From Macrostomum hystrix (lineage: Eukaryota > Animalia > Platyhelminthes): a stretch of DNA of 64,000 nt. The DNA lies in the NCBI GenBank assembly GCA_950097015.1, contig CATNEN010000003.1:6572001-6636000 (forward strand). The letters run 5' to 3'. Under the pieces are notes generated by a model. That model had not been told where the DNA came from, ran no database searches, and worked only from the letters and a program-made list of their open reading frames with translations. The position numbers were made by a program, and so were the translations under genes. Of this stretch, positions 38,276 through 50,321 are shown one piece after another. Within the stretch, counting starts at the first letter, position 1. Every line of letters starts with the position of its first letter.

Positions 38276-39567
38276 CCTGTTTGTTGGCTGTAAGTCAATC
38301 TAATTATTTCAGAAGCGGTCAGGAATTACAACGGGCTCTTTGCACAGCATCCTAAACCACTAATCAGATCAGTGAGCTCAAGTTGAACTCAACCTTCGAT
38401 TTTAGCCAGGAAAGTAAGTTGAGGCCAGCATTTCCCCAGACGGAAGTCGGTCTGTGCTCAACTTGAGTATAAGATCCCCTATTTGCCACGGCGGTGTGTC
38501 CAAATGCTTGCCAAATTATTTAGGAAAGGGTATGTCTCACTCACTAACTCACTCACTATCCCGCACACGCACTGTGAAACTATTACTCAACCTGGCTATG
38601 TAAAGACCTGGCTGTCATAGTTCATCAAGCCAAGAATCGAAAATGATGCCGCGAAATTCCTTCCCTTTCTATACGAGGAGGATTAATGGGCCACACCTTT
38701 TCACTGCTACCGATCGAGCAAAAAAAAAACAGAACTCACACAGAAATACTAGGAGTCTCAGGAAGTTACAGAAAAATTCGCATCTAGTCAGATGCACTCA
38801 ATTATAAAACAGAATTTCCTATATATTGTGAGTGTGTGAGAAGCATTCTTAATTTCAGTCAGCATAAAAACTAACTCTTCATTTCCTTTTCACACATCTG
38901 GGTGCGCTTGATTCCATTAAGCACAAATCTAAGTGGGGGGTAGGATCTTATAGGCAGCAGCAGCAGCATGAATTTCATTAACAATCGCACCCAAAACACA
39001 TCGCACGCATAGCTTGTCTGTCTGTCATACCTGCCTGCCAAGGAGAATGAAAAGTGAAATCCACTCAAATACAGGATGAAAATCATAAATTGCGACTTGG
39101 GTTTTTAAAGAAACATGCTAAATATTTCATTTCAGATGAGTGAGGAGAGAAAATTGAAGCCTCATTGGGCACTTCCGCCAACATTTTTTAAAGGCATCGT
39201 TTGTTGAATTGAGAAAGAAATTCAGAAGAAAAAACTTTGTCTGTTTCCGTTTGTTGTGCTCAGATTGTCCAAGAAAATCAACTATATAATGAGCATAAGT
39301 TTGAAATCAGTTTTTGAGCACACAATCATGCGGGGCAATGTCACTCAATAGCTTTCATTGTCCACAATTGCAACCCCCTTGCCTAAATGTTTGTGCGCCA
39401 ATAACAATGGACAACACAAAAGATTGACACGACAAAATAAGAACTAGATTTGAAAAAATCACTGCATTCTGTGAATCTTGAATCTGCCGTTTAGGGCTTT
39501 CGTGCAAAATAAAAAAAAACTTTAACGAGAAGCTACGTTAATATTGGAAATAAAATATGAGATTCTT

Positions 39568-40510
39568 TATGAGAAATAGAACGATGGGATCTGAGATTTA
39601 GTATGAGAAATAGAACGATGGGATCTGAGATTTAGTATGAGAAATAGAACGATGGGATCTGAGATTTAGTATGAGAAATAGAACGATGGAATCTGAGATT
39701 TAGTATGAGAAATAGAACGATGGGATCTGAGATTTAGTATGAGAAATAGAACGATGGGATCTGAGATTTAGTATGAGAAATAGAGCGATGGAGTCTGAGA
39801 TTTAGTATGAGAAATAGAACGATGAAATCTGAGATTTAGTATGAGAAATAGAACGATGGGATCTGAGATTTAGTATGAGGAATAGAACGATGGGATCTGA
39901 GATTTAGTATGACAAATAGAACGATGGTATCTGAGATTTAGTATGAGAAATAGAACGATGGTATCTGAGATTTAGTATGAGAAATAGAACGATGGAGTCT
40001 GAGATTTAGTATGAGAAATAGAACGATGGAATCTGAGATTTAGTATGAGAAATAGAACGATGGGATCTGAGATTTAGTATGAGAAATAGAACGATGGGAT
40101 CTGAGATTTAGTATGAGAAATAGAGCGATGGAGTCTGAGATTTAGTATGAGAAATAGAACGATGAAATCTGAGATTTAGTATGAGAAATAGAACGATGGT
40201 ATCTGAGTTTAGTATGAGAAATAGAACGATGGTATCTGAGATTTAGTATGAGAAATAGAACGATGGTATCTGAGATTTAGTATGAGAAATAGAACGATGG
40301 AGTCTGAGATTTAGTATGAGAAATAGAACGATGGAATCTGAGATTAAGTATGAGAAATAGAACGATGGAGTCTGAGATTTAGTATGAGAAATAGAACGAT
40401 GGGATCTGAGATTAAGTATGAGAAATAGAACGATGGAGTCTGAGATTTAGTATGAGAAACAGAACGATGGGATCTGAGATTTAGTATGAGAAATAGAACG
40501 TTGAGAAATG
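39568..40510. repeat. Minisatellite, 34 bp unit (TATGAGAAATAGAACGATGGGATCTGAGATTTAG)
   Basis: Tandem copies. Confidence 0.97.
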
Positions 40511-41124
40511 AGATTTTGGAGAAATGCAACAATAGAATCCAGTACAAAATACACTATGCTAGAGTTTATTTTAAGATTTTCCGCCAAAAACATGGGCCAA
40601 GCCAAACATCTCCACATTTAGTATTTAGTAATTTGAGGATTTTATTTTAGAATTAGGAAACACAGATCTCACAGATATTGCATTATTATTAAGTTATGAA
40701 TGCATAACTCACAGGGTTCTGCCATAGAGTTTTGCAAAGATTTCGCTTTACGACAACAATGGACCTAGTTCCCAGCTAGTTGTTAGCTAGTTATTATCAA
40801 GTGTCAATGTGGGAGAATTCGATTTTGGGAAATATATTTCGTGTCCAGTACGGCCCAGTGTATTGAGTCAAATTGGAATAGGATAATTTGTGCCAAATAT
40901 AACAAGCCGCAATTAGATTCGAATAACAGCACTTTGACTGACAAGGTTTCCGCTGTGCGAACAGGCACAATTCATTTGCTTATAACCGTGTAATTAAATG
41001 CTTGTTGTGAAAAGGCCCCATTGTTAAACGCCTTTATTGTTGCTAATGTACCGCTTGGAACCAGGTTCAGTTATCTAATAAAATTCCTGTCGCCTATAAT
41101 CATATTTCACCTGCTCAATATGTT

Positions 41125-41955
41125 CTCTCCCCTTCTCACTCTAATCTCTCCCCTTCTCACTCTAATCTCTCCCCTTCTCACTCTAATCTCTCCCCTTCTC
41201 ACTCTAATCTCTCCCCTTCTCACTCTAATCTCTCTCCTTCTCACAATAATCTCTCCTCTTCTCACTCTAATCTCTCCCCTTCTCACTCTAATCTCTCCCC
41301 TTCTCACTCTAATCTCTCTCCTTCTCACAATAATCTCTCCTCTTCTCACTCTAATCTCTACCCTTCTCACTCTGATCTCTCCCCTTCTCAAGATAATCTC
41401 TACTTCTCACTCTAATCTCTCCCCTTCTCACTATAATCTCTCCCCTTCTCACTCTAATCTCTCTCCTTCTCACTCTAATCTCTCCCCTTCTCACTCTAAT
41501 CTCTCCCCTTCTCACTCTAATCTCTCCCCTTCTCACTCTAATCTCTCCCCTTCTCACTCTAATCTCTCCCCTTCTCACTCTAATCTCTCCCCTTCTCACT
41601 CTAATCTCTCCCCTTCTCACTCTAATCTCTCCCCTTCTCACTCTAATCTCTCCCCTTCTCACTCTAATCTCTCCCCTTCTCACTCTAATCTCTCCCCTTC
41701 TCACTCTAATCTCTCCCCTTCTCACAATAATCTCTCCCCTTCTCACTCTAATCTCTCCCCTTCTCACAATAATCTCTCCTCTTCTCACAATAATCTCTCC
41801 CCTTCTCACTCTAATCTCTCCCCTTCTCACTCTAATCTCTCCCCTTCTCACTCTAATCTCTCCCCTTCTCACTCTAATCTCTCCCCTTCTCACTCTAATC
41901 TCTCCCCTTCTCACTCTAATCTCTCCCCTTCTCAAGATAATCTCTACTTCTCACC
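41125..41955. repeat. Minisatellite, 21 bp unit (CTCTCCCCTTCTCACTCTAAT)
   Basis: Tandem copies; resembles the reverse complement of the 35722 unit. Confidence 0.96.
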
Positions 41956-42581
41956 ATAGAAAACAATTCGGACATTCGGGTATAATTCGTGCAGAAAAAA
42001 GTGAAGACAAGCGTAAGTATGCACTGTCTATTGTTGTCACCTTCGCCTTGACTAAATCCATCAAATTATCGCTCTGAAAAAAATTGTCTATATCAAACTG
42101 GTGCTTCCGCAGTTGTTCGTGACTCGGGAAGACGAAAAATAATTACGAATGACAACACAAAAATCATTTGCAGCATTCACAAATTTTGCAGCAACCCAAC
42201 ACGAGACACGAGACAGGAGCATTGTGTGTCAACATCGGGCGTGTTTCATAGGATTAGGATTAGGGATTAAGAAGGCCTAATCTAATCGCAACTTGTCTCA
42301 AATAGCATAGGAGGCGTTGGTTAAATTGAGGATTAATTAGATTGAAGCTGAAAATACTTTGTTAGTTAGGCTGTGAGACTGGGTTATAATTGGGATTTTT
42401 TGTCTGTTTCAAATTACTCTCTGCTTTGTTTTAACACCGCGTTTCATGAATCAATCAGCAATGGAGATATCGATTTCTCACATGTTTTTAGGCATTTTAC
42501 GCAGCGATTTGTTATTCTAAGCTCGTAGAAGCAGCGATTTTTTTGTTGATTCGCGACTAGAAATTTGAGTCGAAAGATCAG

Positions 42582-42940
42582 TGGGTAGAAAAGTGACATT
42601 CAGGGGGTAGAAAAGTGACATTCAGGGGGTAGAAAAGTGACATTCAGGGGGTAGAAAAGTGACATTCAGGGGGTAGAAGGATTAACATTCAGGGGGGTAG
42701 AAGGATTGACATTCAGGAGGTAGAAGGATTGGCATTCAGGGGGTAGAAGGATTGACATTCAGGGGGTAGAAGGATTGACATTCAGGGGGGTAGAAGAATT
42801 GACATTCAGGGGGTAGAAGGATTAACATTCAGGGGGTAGAAGGATTGACATTCAGGGGGTAGAAGGATTAACATTCAGGGGATAGAAGAATTGAAGTTCC
42901 GTGGGTAGAAAAATTAAAATTCAGGGAGTAGAAAGATTAA
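42582..42940. repeat. Minisatellite, 22-23 bp unit (GGGGGTAGAAGGATTGACATTCA)
   Basis: Tandem copies. Confidence 0.93.
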
Positions 42941-43457
42941 AACATCATTTCTGGTAGAAAATCTAAAAATGGGAAAGAACCATGGGATTTTAAGACGGCA
43001 TATAGCACTCAAGATAGAAAGGTGTGTAAAGTTGAAAGTTGCAGTTATCAAACGTGAGAAATCCATTTTCAAGATTTGGAACAGAAAATTCAATTTTCTG
43101 CGAACCGCGTTAACAACTTTGAAAGCAGAAATTTAGGTAGAGAGAGAGAGTCGGCAAAGACAGGTAACTTGCAAAAGAGTGGACAAATCGATTTGATTCT
43201 TTCTCAAAGCGATTGCATCAAGGTTTTCCGGCCCCATCTGCCGACAAAGATTCGACGCAAAAGCGGTTATGGAAAGTGAGCAAAATAATCATTAGGAAAC
43301 AATTAGAGAAACGCTAATGACTTTGAGAGCTAAATAGGTGCGAAAGAGGGGCTGAGGTTGAGTGTTTTTGCTGAAGAATTTTCAGAAGTAGAGGACAACC
43401 ACTCGCGATTAAGGAAATATTTTGCATGATTTAACTGCGTGCCATTGCAGAAAAAAG

Positions 43458-43915
43458 AGTGACATTGTAGATAATATAGAGTGACATTGTAGATAACAGA
43501 GTGACATTGTAGATAACAGAGTGACATTTTAGATAACAGAGTGACATTTTAGATAACAGAGTGATATTGCAGATAACAGAGATTGACATTGTCGATAACA
43601 GTGAGTGACCTTGTAGGTAACAGTGAGTGACATTTTAGATAACAGAGAGTGACATTTTAGATAACAGAGAGTGACATTGTAGATAACAGAGAGTGACATT
43701 GTAGATAACAGAGAGTGACATTTTAGATAACAGAGAGTGACATTGTAGATAACAGAGAGTGACATTGTAGATAACAGAGAGTGACATTGTAGATAACAGA
43801 GTGACATCGTAGATAACAGAGAGTGACATTGTAGATAACAGAGTGACATTGTAGATAACAGAGTGACATTGAAGTTAACAGATGGACATTGAAGATAACA
43901 GAGTGACATTGTAAA
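43458..43915. repeat. Minisatellite, 20/22 bp unit (GAGTGACATTGTAGATAACAGA), array 1
   Basis: Same family and orientation as 45035-45522. Confidence 0.95.
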
Positions 43916-45034
43916 TTACAGAAAGTAGATTTCAGGCCCATACTGGTCGCCTGTCGCCTTGTTTCTGTGAAGCAAGTTTTTTTGCCAAAATAAATTCGTT
44001 GAGCAAAATGACGTAGTCGTATGTAAATGGAAAATTAATTGAAAACTCGATGTATTTAAAAAAGCTAAAAAAATCTTGGATTTGATTTGCTCCGATTGCG
44101 TGCTCAGAGAGAGAAAAAAGAAATTTATGTTCTTCTTTGACTTCTGACAAACCGAAATATTACAGCACAGAAAAGCAATTTAAAGTTGGGGGGGGCTTAA
44201 ACTCAGACACGCAAACTGCACATGAATTTGTAACTTTCCCGAACGAAAATTGATTTCGATTTGTGAAATTTAACACCCGAGCAACGGCCTATAGAGCAGA
44301 GCATAGTTTGCTTTTATAAACTTCAATTAGAGATAATAAGACAGGATGCCAAAGATCTTTGACTGAGATTCTGCAACCAAAAATTTTTAATATAATGGAT
44401 TCTTAACACGATATAATTGAATGATGTCTCTAACAATTCGTATTACCTTGCAATCGATCAAGCATTACAATATGGAGAGTCTGACCATAGACAATAGGGA
44501 CACGGGAAAGATGGGAAGATTAAAAATCTATTTTTAACCTATGATATTTTCTAGTTTTTAGTCAGTTTAGCCCAAGGGCAGAACTAGTCACAGCTATTTT
44601 GCTACCGTAAAGTTGAGAATGGTCGTGTCTTTAGAAATGCATTATCTATACTAATGTGTGACACCTGCCGCATTAGTGAGAGAAAAAAACTGTTCAAGTG
44701 AGATTTGTTATTGTTAACAAGCCAAGGCATGTGTTCAATCTGTGCTTGTCTGAATGAGAATGACGGCCATCTTTTGATGTAGACGATGAAAATATTATAT
44801 TAGCTACAGATGAAATTCTAGATTAAAAACTGCTTTTCATTATTCGAATCACGGTTAGAATCACAACTCAAAAATAAAGAACAAAAATGAGTATCTGTTC
44901 GGAGTTCGTGTGTGAATACTACTTATAAGTAGAAAAACATGCTCTTTTTCGATATTCTTTCTTAGGGACAAACAGACGACAGTCGTCTAACAGACGACTT
45001 TACAGAACATTACGCATTTCTATGATACGGTTTA

Positions 45035-45522
45035 GTGTGACATCGTAGTTAACAGTGAGTGACATCGTAGATAACAGTGAGTGACATCGTAGTTAACAGT
45101 GAGTGACATCGTAGATAACAGTGAGTGACATCGTAGATAACAGAGAGTGACATTGTAGATAACAGTGAGTGACATCGTAGATAACAGTGAGTGACATTGT
45201 AGATAACAGAGAGTGACATTGTAGATAACAGAGAGTGACATTGTAGATAACAGAGTGACATTGTAGATAACAGAGTGACATTGTAGATAACAGAGAGTGA
45301 CATTGTAGACAACAGAGAGTGAAATTGTAGACAACAGAGAGTGACATTGTAGACAACAGAGAGTGACATCGTAGACAACAGAGAGTGACATTGTATATAA
45401 CAGTGAGTAACATCGTAGATAACAGTGAGTGACATTGTAGATAACAGAGTGACATTGTAGATAACAGAGTGACATTGTAGATAACAGAGAGTGACATTGT
45501 AGACAACAGAGAGTGACATTGT
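45035..45522. repeat. Minisatellite, 20/22 bp unit (GAGTGACATTGTAGATAACAGA), array 2
   Basis: Same family as 43458-43915. Confidence 0.95.
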
Positions 45523-45940
45523 GCGTTAGTACGAGTAGATAGTGTTACGCTAACCAAGTAAATCAAATTATTTTAATCTCATGGCTCCTGAAAGTATTTC
45601 ATCCTGATCTTATCTTGCAATGTCAACTCGCTCGATAGTGATGTCACTAATTTAAACTGACACGAAAAGTTTGATAAACAAACTCCATGACTCAAAAGAG
45701 ATCAAAGTCAAACAAAATGGACCAGAAAGATAGAGAAAAAGTCTGCGAGTGCTTTCATTAGAGAAATTCTTACACCAAGTAAATATTTGAAAAGTCTTTG
45801 ATTAAAAATGATGGGTGCTAAAGGTGAGTAGTTGTTGCTTTGTCACTGACCAGAGTCTCACAATATAGTTTTCCCCCCTTGTTAGTTCTACTGTTAATAA
45901 AATGATGTAGTTCTTTTTAAGATTGTTAAGATCGAATCTC

Positions 45941-48737
45941 TCAGCAAGATACAAAATCTGGCTGCAGTAAGCTTTTAATGTCAAACTTTCTTTTTACTCT
46001 GCAATCGTAAAGAATAGACGGCAATGGATTGTCGCCTTCGCCGTCGCATTCGCCGTTGCCTTCGCCGCCACATTCGCCGTCGCATTCGCCTTCGCATTCG
46101 CCGTCGCCTTTGCCGTCGCCGTCTCCCTCGCCGTCGCATTCGCCTTTGTCTTCGCCATCGCCATCGCCAATGCCTTCGCCATCGCCTTCGCCGTCGCATT
46201 CGCCGTCGCCTTTGCCGTCGCCGTCTCCCTCGCCGTCGCATTCGCCTTTGTCTTCGCCATCGCCATCGCCAATGCCTTCGCCGTCGCATTCGCCGTCGCC
46301 TTTGCCGTCGCCTTCGCCGTCGCATTCGCCGTCGCATTCGCGGTCGCATTCGCCGTCGACTTTGCCGTCGCCTTCGCCGTCGCATTCGCCATTGCCATCG
46401 CTATCGCCAATTCCTTCGCCGACGCCTTCGCCGTTGCCCCTAAAACCGATGCCATTTTTCATCGCCCTCGCCGTCTTCATCGCCGTCGCCCTCGCCGTCG
46501 CGTCATTCCGCATCGCCCTGGGCGCCTTTCGCTGCGCTCGGTGACGCAAAAAATCGCCGCGCTGAAAGTCGGCTCGATTCGCCGGATGCACCGACCAGTA
46601 GTGACCCTTGCCGCTCTCCGAACGACCTATCGTCAACGACACAAAAGTGCACTTCAACTTGCACTTTCAATAGTATAAAGTACAAAGCCATAACAATCAA
46701 TCCTTACCCATCTTCACAAAGCAGTCGTTGAGTGACAGATTGTGCCGGACGGAATTCTTCCAACCTGGACTTCGGCTACGAAAGTTGGGATAATTGTCCA
46801 GAATCCATTGGTAAATATCGCCGAGAACAAGTCGTTCATCCTTCGAGCTGAGTATAGCCATAGCAATTAATCCTGGCATTAATTTGAGATTTTAAGAATG
46901 CAACATTTAGGAGTGATACGATAGGTCAGGAATGGATCGAGAGTGGGTCAAATGATGGGTCAAAGGATGGGTCAAATGATGGGTCAAAGGATGGGTCAAA
47001 GGATGGGTCAAAGGATGGGTCAAAGGATGAGTCAAATGATGGGTCAAAGGATGGGTCAAATGATGGGTCAAAGGATGGGTCAAATGATGGGTCAAAGGAT
47101 GGGTCAAAGGATGGGTCAAAGGATGGGTCAAAGAATGGGTCGAGAATGTGTCAAATGATGGGTCGAGAATGGGTCGAGAATGGGTCAAAGTACGGAGATA
47201 AAATAATGGGTCAAATGATGGGTCGTAAATGAGTCAGAAATAGGTCGAGAATGTGTCAGAAATAGGTCGAGAATGTGTCAGACATAGGTCGAGAATGTGT
47301 CAGAAATAGGTCGAGAATGTGTCAGACATAGGTCGAGAATGTGTCAGAAATAGGTCGAGAATGTGTCAGACATAGGTCGAGAATGTGTCAGACATAGGTC
47401 GAGAATGTGTCAGACATAGGTCGAGAATGTGTCAGACATAGGTCGAGAATGTGTCAGAAATAGGTCGAGAATGTGTCAGAAATGGGTCGAGAATGTGTCA
47501 GAAATGGGTCGAGCAGTGTTATCAAAAAAGAAGCCGAAGACAAGAGTTTGCTAGATAAGAATGCCAAATGTCTAGATTTCTGTGACAGAAAGATCCGTCT
47601 ACAAAGGCAGAAGTTAAGATGTCGTGAGCAGGTACAGCTAACAACTTGATTTAATCTGTCTCATTGTGTTGCGACAATTTTTTTCTTCAAGTTACTTTGC
47701 AACAAAACTCAATTTCTACTAGCTAGTCGCAACTGAAAGTCGGGTTCTCAAATTACAATTGTTGGTCTTTGTTTCAATAAATGGCGTGCGATGTCTTCAA
47801 ATAAAAAAATGATCGTTGTTAAGCTAAGCCAACACTGGCACAACACTGGACTCTATTGACAGGTAAAAACAATTATGCAGATTGTGTTCATGTCTAGATT
47901 GCATCAACAAAGAAGGGCTGGTTGGGTTAGATGAGCTGTTATCAATATTCGGCATCGATATAATTTCGTGTAATAACTCAGATTAGAAAGTCACGCGAGA
48001 GACATTGTAAATTTTGAGTCCCGGGCTGTCACTACAAACGTGAGCAACAATTTTTAGCCGTGGGCAGTTGCGTCACGTTAAAATCTTACAGGACAAAGAA
48101 TTGGAGAACAGCTAAACATGCAGTTCTGTTTAGATTTCAAATATAACTGTTATTTGTTATATTTTCAAAAGTGAGTGTCTAAGTTTTGATTTAGAATAAT
48201 TTTACAGTGCTTGACAATTTGACAGAAATATAAAAACTTTACAATGATAATGAGATTGAGAATGAGATTGAGGATGAGAATGAGAACGAGAATGAGATTG
48301 AGAATGAGATTGAGGATGAGAATGAGGATGAGAATGAGAATTAGATTGAGAATGAGATTGAGAATGAGATTGAGGATGAGAATGAGAATGAGATTGAGAA
48401 TGAGATTGAGAATGAGAATGAGAACGAGAATGAGAATGAGATTGAGAATGAGAATGAGACAGCTTCACTCACCAATGTAGCTATGATTAGGTTTTTCATA
48501 CTTCCTGCACTGCACCTGTGGCAGCAGAAGCGGTCGAGCTGTCACATATGATGCGGCTTCAAGACCTGTGCAAATGATTGGCATTTGAATTGGCCACTGA
48601 TGCAGCAGCAGCCACTGCATCTGATGATCTGCATTGAAAAGGCTGAACATCTTTATTGCCATAGGATGATTGTCACTTGCGATCCGTGATTTTATAGATT
48701 GCAGTGGGCAAGCAACACGAACTAGCACCGTGCTCAT
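45941..48737 (-). CDS. FoxQ2: Forkhead transcription factor FoxQ2, divergent paralog b, ~371 aa; complement(join(45941-46626,46708-46872,48473-48737))
   Basis: [88 protein letters not shown]; same two phase-1 introns and 165-nt middle exon as paralog a; C-terminal FDIKSLL. Start codon uncertain. Confidence 0.9.
46940..47515. repeat. Compound repeat: 12 bp (ATGGGTCAAAGG) then 22 bp (AATAGGTCGAGAATGTGTCAGA)
   Basis: FoxQ2b intron 1; the 12-mer family also occurs at 51140-51540. Confidence 0.93.
48245..48460. repeat. (GAGAAT/GAGATT)n hexamer repeat
   Basis: Starts about 12 nt inside the FoxQ2b intron 1 donor. Confidence 0.93.
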
Positions 48738-49006
48738 TGGCTGTCACTAAAAGTTCTCTCTAGATTAGTGAATTATCCTAACAATGGCTTAAAAGTTGAA
48801 AGATCACGGTGATATTTCCAATACTGACTGCCATTTTAGCAGTGAAAATTGAAATTTTATGAGCAAAAAATGATGCCCATACTGGTGATTCTTGTCACTA
48901 GCCGCCTAGGAGAATCGTTGAATATCTCGACGATGTTTTTTGATTCTGTTGTTCTTGATTTTCATTGCGGCTGGTTGAATATAGTTTGGGAGATACAGAA
49001 AAAAAA

Positions 49007-49140
49007 TGGTCTAACGCACCAAGGTCCTGAGTTCGATTCCGCTGCGAGGCCACATTCATTTGGCGCGCAGCCGCGGAGAGAAGGCTTGGGGGCTTGTCGT
49101 GCAATTGACGCCCTTGAGGGCCAACCTCCAAGGCACATGA
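49007..49140 (+). mobile_element. SINE family A, partial copy
   Basis: B box GAGTTCGATTCC followed by GCGAGGCCACATT...GCAGCCGCGGAGAGAAGGCTTGGGGGCTTGTCGTGCAATT...GAGGGCCAACCTCCAAGGCACA. Confidence 0.85.
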
Positions 49141-49654
49141 GAATTGTGTAAAATGCGGTAGAAATGACTGGCTTTAATTATTTAAGTGATTTTAATTATT
49201 TAGTTTAAAACAATTGCTTAAGTGAATGAGCCAATGTTTTAAGCTAAAATGTTTATTTACTAAAAAAAATTTTTAACAGATAAAAATAGGGAATAAAATA
49301 ATTTTTGCATTGTCAAAAATGGGCTGTGATTTGTTTTTTTGTATATTTTTAGAACTAATCCAAGTTTCAACGATGCTAAGCATACTACTATCGACAAGCA
49401 AAAATACAAACGAATAAGTAGTGTACAACGAAAGTTAAAACAACATTTTTAAATGACAGACCAAAAATGAATAAATTTTATCGGATTTCAGATTGTCTGT
49501 GCCGTTAACAGATAAAACATTTTGAGAGTAAAGATTAAAGGATTAAAAATGGTATAATCTGCAGCTTTAGTACGAGCTAGAAAAAATTGTCTATGTTCTG
49601 ATTTTCAGAAAAATAACTGCCCAATTAAACTGAAAACTAATAAAAACGGCGTAG

Positions 49655-50285
49655 GAATCAGCCATAGAAGAAACTCCCGAGGAAACTGCCCAGACAGCGA
49701 TGGAAGAAACTGCCGAGGAAAATGCCCAAAAACCCATTGAAGAAACTGCCAAGGAAACTGCCGAGGAAGCGATAGAAGAAACTGTCGAGGAAGCCATGGA
49801 AGAAACTGCCGAGGAAACTGCCCAAGTAGCCATAGAAGAAACTGCCGAGGAAACTGCCCAAGTAGCCATAGAAGAAACTGCCGAGGAAACTGCCCAGACA
49901 GCGATAGAAGAAACTGCCGAGGAAGCGATGGAAGAAACTGCCAAGGAAACTGCCCAGAAAGCCATACAAGAAACTGCCGAGGAAACTGCCCAGAAAGCCA
50001 TACAAAAAACTGCCGAGGAAACTGCCGAGGAAGCGATTGAAGAAACTGCCGAGGAAACTGCCGAGGAAGCGATGGAAGAAACTGCCAAGGAAACTGCCAA
50101 GAAAGCCATAGAAGAAACAACTGAGGAAACTGCCCTGGTACCCATGGAAGAAACAGACGAAGAATCTGCCCAAGTAGCCATAGAAGAAGCTGCCGAGGAA
50201 ACTGCCGAGGAAACTGCCCAGGAAACTGCCGAGGAAACTGCCCAAAAAACCATAGACCCCATAGAAGAAACAGCCGAGTCAATAA
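49655..50285. repeat. 12-nt-based degenerate repeat (GAGGAAACTGCC), open as a Glu/Thr/Ala-rich ORF on the plus strand
   Basis: Variation keeps codon phase; lies just past the TRP gene stop. Confidence 0.8.
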
Positions 50286-50321
50286 TCCAGCGAAATTTCA
50301 GTAGGAAACGCAGCAATGGGG

